Assembly: GCA_964521625.1 (NCBI GenBank)
Contig: CAZFSM010000003.1
Location: 143,801-207,800 of the forward strand
Source of the DNA: an uncultured Veillonellaceae bacterium
Lineage (GTDB): Bacteria; Bacillota; Negativicutes; UBA1444
Length of the DNA: 64,000 nucleotides
Direction of reading: 5' to 3'
Of this stretch, positions 57,352 through 64,000 are shown piece after piece. The notes under the pieces are model-generated. The model saw only the letters and a program-made list of their open reading frames with translations. It was not told the origin of the DNA and did not search any database. The translations under genes were made by a program, and so were the position numbers. How positions within the stretch are numbered: position 1 is the first letter of the stretch; each line of letters starts with the position of its first letter.

Positions 57352-58557
57352 TTATTGTGTTTTTGGCTTGCCAATCCAGGCATCGACCGGGTAACCCCGT
57401 TCTTCCCAGTATCCTTTGTGCGGCGCCGCGATCAACTCCATGCCGATCAGCCACTTCACCGCCTTGTAGGCGAACATCTGCGGCACAACCAGTCGTACCG
57501 GGCCGCCCAGGTCGGAAGGAATTTCGCTGCCGTCCAGTAAAACGGCCGCCATCACGTCATCCAGGCGCGCCTGATCGATCGACAACGTATCGGTGTATAT
57601 CGTTTCAGCGGAAAAAAACTTGATATAGCGAGCCTCCGGTTTTACGCCGACCCGGTCGAGCAGCTCCGACAGCCGGACCCCTTCATAGGTAATCTGGAAG
57701 ACCGACCAGCCCTCGACGCAGTGAAAATCGCTCACCTGGACCCTGCGCGGCAGTTTGAGAAACTCTTCCCAGCGCAAAACCATCGGTTTATCGACCAGGC
57801 CGCCAATCTTAAACTGCCAGCCGGCAGAATCGGCGCAGGGAGTTTCCCGTTCAATTTTGTAGACCTTGAACTTTCCGGTATAGCCGCCGCCTTTTGGGGG
57901 AAGCGATTCTGGCAAGGGTACCGGCCTGGGCTGCATCTTGTTGCATTGGGTGAAGAACGCCATTGTTTCGGTTTTAGTCCGTGCCGCCTGTTGACCAATC
58001 CAGCGCCAGGCCACCACAATGCCGCCAAATAGGGCGGCCCCGGCAAGATAACGGAGAAAGCCCCGTCGGTTTTGCGTCGGTGCTGCGGTGTTTGCGATGG
58101 TTGAAGCCGTTGCAATCCCTGATTCACGACTCTGCCGCCAGCGACTGACTAAGGAAAAGACCAGATGCGGCGTCCCCGTCAGTGCAGCAACGCCAGCCAG
58201 CCAAAGGTGCGCTTGATAAAAAAAATTGCTGCCCGGTCCGACCCAGCCAACTAAAAGCAAGGCAAGCAACCCGACGCCGCTCAGCGCCAGTAAGGTCGAA
58301 ACCGCCATCAATAGCGCCAGGTAACCGCGCCGATTCAGCCCCTCGTTTTTCCCCTGACGAAATGACCAAAAAAAGGGGGTATTGGTCAGCAGGAGCAAAA
58401 CGAACAGCACTCCACTCACTTCATGCAGCGAACGCAACAGAAAACGGAATTCCGCCACCGCCCCCCGCCAGGTTTCACCGTGCAGCAGCCCCGCAGTCAA
58501 GAGCAGTACCACAAAAACAACACCTATCACCTGATGCAGCAACCGTTGAATATTCAT
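57352..58557 (-). CDS. molybdopterin-dependent oxidoreductase (sulfite-oxidase/YedY/MsrP family) fused to an N-terminal polytopic membrane domain
   Basis: Oxidored_molyb-like C-terminal half (SDFHCVEGWS). Internal Tat-like RRGFLRYLAGAALFGG. N-terminal approx. 190 aa with 4-5 hydrophobic helices. Confidence 0.65.
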   Translation of the reverse strand: MNIQRLLHQVIGVVFVVLLLTAGLLHGETWRGAVAEFRFLLRSLHEVSGVLFVLLLLTNTPFFWSFRQGKNEGLNRRGYLALLMAVSTLLALSGVGLLALLLVGWVGPGSNFFYQAHLWLAGVAALTGTPHLVFSLVSRWRQSRESGIATASTIANTAAPTQNRRGFLRYLAGAALFGGIVVAWRWIGQQAARTKTETMAFFTQCNKMQPRPVPLPESLPPKGGGYTGKFKVYKIERETPCADSAGWQFKIGGLVDKPMVLRWEEFLKLPRRVQVSDFHCVEGWSVFQITYEGVRLSELLDRVGVKPEARYIKFFSAETIYTDTLSIDQARLDDVMAAVLLDGSEIPSDLGGPVRLVVPQMFAYKAVKWLIGMELIAAPHKGYWEERGYPVDAWIGKPKTQ

Positions 58558-58802
58558 CCCGCGTCACGCCCCTTCATCCCGGTTTGGTGATGCCTGATAT
58601 TTTTTCTGTAATTATTTATATTTCAGCTTTTCAAACCATAATCCCTTTGTTTAAAAGTGTTTCATTCGTTTTGTTTTTGGTTGTAAACTTTTCCCTGTTA
58701 AAGCAAAAAAATCTGTGATAGTATAATTAAGTTGATTAAGTTTTCTGCATATTTTTATCGAACAATATAAAAAGACACAATAAAATAGCAGGAGGGGATC
58801 CA

Positions 58803-59660
58803 ATGGCTGAGTATCCAGACAAAAACCGGTCGGCATCAGAACTACTGGAAATGGCGGCTGAACTGTCACCCTATTTCAACGACATGATCGCAGGCGACAT
58901 CGGCGTCTCTGTGATCAGAGACGGCAAATACATCGCCTATGTACCGGCCAGTTCACTCGACTTCAAAAATAAAATCGGCGACCCTGTCAAGGGTAAGGTC
59001 AGTCTGGATTGTCTACAAACCGGACAAAATATAACCCAGGTCATAACCCGTGAAAAATCTGCTTATGGCGCTGCCTATGTCGCCTGCGCCATGCCATTCA
59101 AGGACGGAAATTCAGTCGTGGGCTGCGTCACCACAACCCAAACGGTGGAAAAGCAGGACAAAATCATCTCTATCGGCGGTGAATTGGCTGCCTCCTCGCA
59201 GGAACTCAATGCCGGCATGGAAGAGCTGGCTGCCAGCGCCCAGGAAGTGGCGGGAACCACTGGCGAACTGACCCGACTCAGTCAGGAGGTCGCCCAGGCG
59301 GCCCGGCAGATGGATGAAGTGGTTTCCTTTATCAAGAACATTGCCGGCCAGACCAATCTGCTAGGGCTTAATGCCGCCATTGAAGCGGCCCGGGTCGGCG
59401 AACAGGGCCGCGGATTTGGCGTAGTCGCGGAAGAAGTGCGAAAATTGGCCACCTCCAGTGCTGAATCAGTTAAAACCATCACGAAGTCATTGCAACAGGT
59501 TCTGGCTTCGATCGATTCCCTTTCCAGCAAACTTTCCGTCATCGACCGCAATGTGGCCGAACAATCGACGGCTGTCAGCGAAATGACGAAATTCAGCCAG
59601 AATCTCGCTGTGCTGGCCAATGAACTGTCGCAGGTTTCCTCCACACTGTTTGATGATTAA
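58803..59660 (+). CDS. soluble chemoreceptor-like protein, PAS-like sensor + MCP signalling domain (paralog 2)
   Basis: [34 protein letters not shown] core; AGGAGGGG RBS. Confidence 0.8.
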   Translation: MAEYPDKNRSASELLEMAAELSPYFNDMIAGDIGVSVIRDGKYIAYVPASSLDFKNKIGDPVKGKVSLDCLQTGQNITQVITREKSAYGAAYVACAMPFKDGNSVVGCVTTTQTVEKQDKIISIGGELAASSQELNAGMEELAASAQEVAGTTGELTRLSQEVAQAARQMDEVVSFIKNIAGQTNLLGLNAAIEAARVGEQGRGFGVVAEEVRKLATSSAESVKTITKSLQQVLASIDSLSSKLSVIDRNVAEQSTAVSEMTKFSQNLAVLANELSQVSSTLFDD

Positions 59661-59814
59661 CTTCGCGAAAACGCCTTAAGCTCTCTTTATCTACATGGTT
59701 TATTATAAACCCGCTGCCCCTTTGGCGCAGCGGGTTTATCTCTTGTCATCCAAACTAAAATGCGGTAGAATGTCAACGTGCGTCGAGCAAATGTTCATTG
59801 GTAAAGGAGTAATC

Positions 59815-60984
59815 ATGATGCGTCCATTTTCTAAACTGACAGCGGGGCTGGTTGGACAGCCGATGCTGGAAATCCTGACCACCGTCACCGCGATGGAAGC
59901 CACCGGACAAAAAGTCTACCGCTTTGAAGTCGGCGATTCCGATTTCGATGCGTATTCACACATCATCGATGCAACTAAAACGGCCCTGGATGCAGGGCAT
60001 ACCCGTTACGTCAATTCCATGGGAATCGAACCCTTGCGCCAGTCGATCCGGACGTATATCGAACAGGGCTGGGGCTTCAAACCCGACCTTGACCAGATCG
60101 TCGTTGCGCCGTCGAATAGCCTGATCGATTTTGTCGTACGCTGCGTCGCCGATCCCGGCGACGAAGTCATCTTCACAGATCCCGGATTCCCTTCGTACTT
60201 TGCCGTCACCAACTATCTGGGGATTCGCGATGTGCGGGTACCGGTTTATGAATCCAATGGGTTCCGGCTCAATCCGGACGACCTGGAAGCACGAATCACC
60301 GACAAGACCCGCCTGATCATCGTCAATACACCGCAAAACCCGACTGGCGCCGTGATGACCGCCGACGAAGCGGCGCGGATCGCTGCGATTGCCAAGAAAC
60401 ATCAACTCTGGGTCCTCAGTGACGAAATGTACTCGGAGAACTTGTACGACGGAGCAACTCACCATTCGCCGTCCGTCTTTGATCAATGCCGCGAACAAAC
60501 GATCATTTTGCATGGTTTCTCCAAAGGCTTCTCCATGTCCGGTTGGCGTCTGGGGTACGCCGTGGGACCGGCAGCACTCATGGCCAAACTGGGGCTGATG
60601 TTCCAAACGATTTACACTTGCGTTCCACCGTTCATTCAATATGCAGGAGTCAGTGCGCTTGCCAGCGACCGCAGTTTGCTGCGGGAACGAATCGAAAAAT
60701 ACCGGCAGCTGCGCGATGTGATGGTCGGGGCGTTGAACGAGATCCCCGGCGTTTCCTGCCCCACACCCAAAGGCGCTATCTATCTGTTTCCCAACATCAA
60801 GGGAACGGGCCTCTCCAGCCAGGCTTTTGCCAAAACCGTACTGGAAAAGGCCGGGGTCGCCACTGTGCCGGGAACCTGCTTTGGCCCCGGCGGAGAGGGC
60901 TATGTCCGGCTGTGTTATCTGCGTGAAGAATCGCTGATCCGTGAAGCCTGCGCCAAAATGAAGCAGGCGCTGACGCTCAAATAG
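59815..60984 (+). CDS. pyridoxal-phosphate-dependent aminotransferase, class I/II
   Basis: HGFSKGFSMSGWRLGY PLP-lysine region. Start MMRPFS with AAAGGAG RBS. Confidence 0.8.
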   Translation: MMRPFSKLTAGLVGQPMLEILTTVTAMEATGQKVYRFEVGDSDFDAYSHIIDATKTALDAGHTRYVNSMGIEPLRQSIRTYIEQGWGFKPDLDQIVVAPSNSLIDFVVRCVADPGDEVIFTDPGFPSYFAVTNYLGIRDVRVPVYESNGFRLNPDDLEARITDKTRLIIVNTPQNPTGAVMTADEAARIAAIAKKHQLWVLSDEMYSENLYDGATHHSPSVFDQCREQTIILHGFSKGFSMSGWRLGYAVGPAALMAKLGLMFQTIYTCVPPFIQYAGVSALASDRSLLRERIEKYRQLRDVMVGALNEIPGVSCPTPKGAIYLFPNIKGTGLSSQAFAKTVLEKAGVATVPGTCFGPGGEGYVRLCYLREESLIREACAKMKQALTLK

Positions 60985-60995
60985 GAGTCAGGCTT

Positions 60996-61853
60996 TCAAG
61001 CGGGCTCTTCTGTATTCTGCAACATCCGCGACGCTGCCGAAGACAGGTCTCCCGCCATTGTCGCAAGCGTTCTGCTTGCGACCGCCATCTCGTTTACCGA
61101 GGAACTTTGGCCGTTTGCCGTCGCGCCCACCTCACTGATCTTTAGGGTTAATAGCGTGATGGCCTCTTTGATTTGATGCAAAGAAGAAGTCACGCTCTTT
61201 ACCGAGCTCGCACTGGCAACGGCCAGTTTTCTCACCTCATTTGCCACCACTGCGAACCCGCGCCCCTGTTCGCCGACCCGGGCGGCTTCGATAGCGGCAT
61301 TCAGTCCCAGGAGGTTAGTCTGCTCGGCCATCTTCTTAATCAGCGCAGCAATCTCATCCGTCTGCGTAACGATCAACTCCAGTTCCTGGCTTAATATGCA
61401 GATATCCCGGCTTGACGAAGTCAATGCCTGGGAGCTGTTTGACAACTCATCCATCCCGGCAGTGAACTGCTGTGATGACGCCGCCAATTCTCCCGCGATA
61501 TTATGCACGATTTCTTGGTCACCGGTCAGCTGATTGACCAGTACACAACCCACGACCGTCCCTTTTTCCTTCAACGGGAGCCCACATACATAGTATGCCC
61601 TTCCGCCGATAGCTTTCGAACTGTCCACGTTTCGGACGATGCGCATTCCTGTTGCCTGACAGGCCAGCACCACGGGTCCTCTTGCTTCTTCTCCAATTTT
61701 TATCCCCAGGTCAATTTGGCGACCGGGTTCATACGCCGCGTAACAGCCCGCTTTTATCACGGTTATACTGACGTCGTTGGGCATCATCGCATTAAGATAA
61801 GGTGCCACCTCAACCACCATGTCCAGAATTTCGCGGGCCGAATGTTTGCTCAT
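60996..61853 (-). CDS. soluble chemoreceptor-like protein, PAS-like sensor + MCP signalling domain (paralog 3)
   Basis: [34 protein letters not shown] core. Start [10 protein letters not shown] (the track N-terminal extension runs into a hairpin). Confidence 0.75.
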   Translation of the reverse strand: MSKHSAREILDMVVEVAPYLNAMMPNDVSITVIKAGCYAAYEPGRQIDLGIKIGEEARGPVVLACQATGMRIVRNVDSSKAIGGRAYYVCGLPLKEKGTVVGCVLVNQLTGDQEIVHNIAGELAASSQQFTAGMDELSNSSQALTSSSRDICILSQELELIVTQTDEIAALIKKMAEQTNLLGLNAAIEAARVGEQGRGFAVVANEVRKLAVASASSVKSVTSSLHQIKEAITLLTLKISEVGATANGQSSSVNEMAVASRTLATMAGDLSSAASRMLQNTEEPA

Positions 61854-61879
61854 CGAATCAACCTCTTCACTCGTATTAT

Positions 61880-61915
61880 TCCATAACGGTCGAAAGACCT
61901 GCTTCCCGGCAGGTC
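61880..61915. terminator. perfect 15-bp hairpin GGTCGAAAGACCTGC/GCAGGTCTTTCGACC
   Basis: Seen in sequence between the amidohydrolase stop and the paralog-3 start. Confidence 0.5.
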
Positions 61916-61942
61916 TTTCGACCGTTATCCTATAATCCCTTA

Positions 61943-63166
61943 TTAAATGCACATCTCGGTTTGCATTTGCGTTTTGACAACAACCCTGCCGTCTTTAATC
62001 ACGTAAAGTTTTTCAGCCATATCGATGATTGCTTCGTTGACTTTCAACGTATCCAGCAACACCATGTCCGCCTTGTTGCCAACCGCCAATCCGTAATCTT
62101 TCAACCCCATCGCTTTTGCCAGATTGGTTGTCAGCATCGGCAGTACTGTAGGCAAATCGTCGGCCCCCCCCAGATGCCCTGCGGCAACTCCCAGCATCGC
62201 GGTCAGGAATGGGTCCCCGTTGCCCAGCGGGCAGAATGCGTTGCGAATATTGTTCGCCGCCAATCCGACATTGACGCCACCATCCCGCAATGCTCTAACC
62301 GGCGGCATTCCACGCCGGACATTGTGAGTATCCATCCTCCCACCCAGGTGAAGGTCGGTCGGCGGCAAACACATGACTGTCAGACCGGCTTTAGCAATTT
62401 GCTCGATAATCGGGTCTCTCAGTTCCGGTGGAAAAACGCCCAGGCTATTCATGTGGCCGACGGAAACCCGTCCCTGGTAGCCTTCTGCAATGGTTTTCTC
62501 GCAAAGATATTGAATGTTCGTTCCTTCCATGGATTCCTTCTGGTCGATATGCACGTCAAGCGGCAAATCATTCTGCTTAGCCAGATCAAAAATAAAATCG
62601 ATATGTTGTTTGGCTGACAGGTCGTTATGCGGAATCCCGCCAATCACATCCGCGCCCATTTTGACGGCTTCCCGCATCATGTCTTCTGTTCCGGGCGCTT
62701 TGAATATCCCTTCCTGCGGGAATGCAACAATCTGCATGTCCACGATGCCTTTGAACTTTTCCTTGATCTCCAGAGCCATTTCAAAACCGGCAAACCCGCC
62801 GACCGGATCAAACTCTGCCTGCGCGCGGAAATGAGTAACGCCATGCCTCATCAACATACGCAGCAACGTTTCAGCCCGTTCACGCAGGAATTCCTTGGTG
62901 AACGTCGGTTTAAGCTTGATGGAAATCGCCATCGCCTCAACAAAAGTACCGGAACGATTCGGCATGAGATCTGCAATCAATGTTTTGTCAACATGCAGAT
63001 GACCTTCAATCAAGCCGGGAATAAGAACTCTACCTTCTCCTTCGATAACCGCAATGGCTTCTTTGTGTATTTGGGGTGCAATAGCACTGATCTTTCCCGC
63101 TTCAACCCCTACATCCACCAACGGCTGGTCATCAGCAATTCGAACCTGCCTAATCAACAAATCCAT
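61943..63166 (-). CDS. amidohydrolase-family protein (cytosine deaminase-like, COG0402-type)
   Basis: Metal-binding HxH (EGHLHVDK) and the [10 protein letters not shown] and VGHMNSL regions of amidohydrolase_1/3 proteins. Confidence 0.7.
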   Translation of the reverse strand: MDLLIRQVRIADDQPLVDVGVEAGKISAIAPQIHKEAIAVIEGEGRVLIPGLIEGHLHVDKTLIADLMPNRSGTFVEAMAISIKLKPTFTKEFLRERAETLLRMLMRHGVTHFRAQAEFDPVGGFAGFEMALEIKEKFKGIVDMQIVAFPQEGIFKAPGTEDMMREAVKMGADVIGGIPHNDLSAKQHIDFIFDLAKQNDLPLDVHIDQKESMEGTNIQYLCEKTIAEGYQGRVSVGHMNSLGVFPPELRDPIIEQIAKAGLTVMCLPPTDLHLGGRMDTHNVRRGMPPVRALRDGGVNVGLAANNIRNAFCPLGNGDPFLTAMLGVAAGHLGGADDLPTVLPMLTTNLAKAMGLKDYGLAVGNKADMVLLDTLKVNEAIIDMAEKLYVIKDGRVVVKTQMQTEMCI

Positions 63167-63234
63167 AAAAACACTCCCTCTCTGTTTTCATTCCCGCATT
63201 TAATCCCGCAAATTTCCCGCCCACATGGACTCCG

Positions 63235-64000
63235 TTATGCAAACAGAATAGAACAACCCATCAATAAAGCCAAACAACCGATCACCCAGGGTGCATTTCC
63301 TTTGGAGACTTGTTCGATTGGAATCTGGAACCCCGCCGAATGGGCCTGCATAGTGATGTTAACAAGACTGACCTGACTACCCAGGCCGACTCCCATCACT
63401 GCAAACCCCATCGCCATTGGCGACATTTTCAGCGCCATCGCCACCGGCAAAATCATCGCCAAGACCGTGCCGACATAAGCTCCGGCAGGCGCACCGATCA
63501 GGAATCCTGCCAACACCGCGGCTGGATTGGTAAGAGCAACCGGCGCCAGTTTGGCTATGCTTGCGATTGTCGCAAAGGCTCCGGCTTTTTCAACGATATA
63601 AATGAAACTGAGGAAAATCCCGACCCCGAACAACCGGGTCAGAATGAAGCTGGATCCATCGACCAACGCATTAAATGCTTGATTCATATTCATTTTTGTA
63701 CAGAGGCCGATTAGAATTATTGTAACCATAGTATAAACCAATGGGCTGAAGGCTGGGAAAGCAAGCATTTTATTGAGTGAGGGACCTGCCATAACAGCAA
63801 TCAGAAGGAATATGGCCGGAATCGTAGTTTTCCAGAGCTGAGCATCTGTCATTTCGTCCTGACCGGTACTGACCTCCGCTTTAAATAATACGCCTCGCTT
63901 TTTGGCCCCATAGTAGCCGATTGCCAGGGACAACACAAAGAAGAAGATCCAGAATGGCTGCATGAAACTGACATATTCAACCGGGTTGACTCCCGTAAGT
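63235..64000 (-). CDS. polytopic membrane (transport) protein, 5' part beyond window end
   Basis: Frame stays open to the window edge upstream of the track Met. Multiple hydrophobic helices. Confidence 0.45.
   Translation of the reverse strand, partial: LTGVNPVEYVSFMQPFWIFFFVLSLAIGYYGAKKRGVLFKAEVSTGQDEMTDAQLWKTTIPAIFLLIAVMAGPSLNKMLAFPAFSPLVYTMVTIILIGLCTKMNMNQAFNALVDGSSFILTRLFGVGIFLSFIYIVEKAGAFATIASIAKLAPVALTNPAAVLAGFLIGAPAGAYVGTVLAMILPVAMALKMSPMAMGFAVMGVGLGSQVSLVNITMQAHSAGFQIPIEQVSKGNAPWVIGCLALLMGCSILFA

Noticed and set aside
1-64000. Mobile elements, tRNA or rRNA genes
   Set aside because: No transposase-, integrase- or recombinase-like ORF and no tRNA-like cloverleaf or rRNA-like stretch was recognised by eye. 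The ankyrin insert has no flanking repeats or mobility genes.

Overview
This window is a gene-dense chromosomal segment of about 55 protein-coding genes, from an anaerobic, sigma-54-using, fairly GC-rich Firmicute-like bacterium. The Tct transporter, 2-oxoacid:ferredoxin oxidoreductase KorAB, HydF and the formiminotransferase branch of histidine use would fit Negativicutes/Clostridia, but that is a guess. No rRNA, tRNA, CRISPR array or mobile-element genes were seen.

Most of the content is amino-acid and nitrogen catabolism converging on glutamate:
- Histidine-utilisation genes are scattered: hutI sits at the end of a Liv-type ABC transporter operon, hutH stands alone, and glutamate formiminotransferase is paired with a formimino-THF cyclodeaminase. 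No hutU was found in the window.
- A sigma-54-dependent operon encodes what looks like an archaeal PDH1-type multisubunit L-proline dehydrogenase plus the P5C dehydrogenase RocA. It sits next to a RocR-like PAS/sigma-54 activator and has a near-consensus -24/-12 promoter.
- Glutamate dehydrogenase, korAB, pyroglutamyl peptidase with DUF969/DUF979 partners, amtB-glnK, and Tct and NitT/TauT-type transporters are also present.

Other notable content:
- hydF, the [FeFe]-hydrogenase maturation GTPase, lies with a TM1266-like small regulator and an aspartase-like lyase behind a leader terminator. hydE and hydG are not in the window.
- A GtrA / polyprenol-phosphate-sugar synthase / GT39 glycosylation module is present.
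- Two large c-di-GMP/phosphorelay proteins carry periplasmic SBP_bac_3 sensor domains; one of them is paired with an HD-GYP response regulator.
- A secreted ankyrin-repeat protein lies in an AT-rich insert.
- Three paralogous soluble chemoreceptor-like proteins (PAS-like sensor plus MCP signalling domain, about 285 aa each) are present. One of them lies behind a perfect sigma-54 promoter.
- Several leader terminators and hairpin terminators and a 3 x 15-nt CT tandem repeat are visible.
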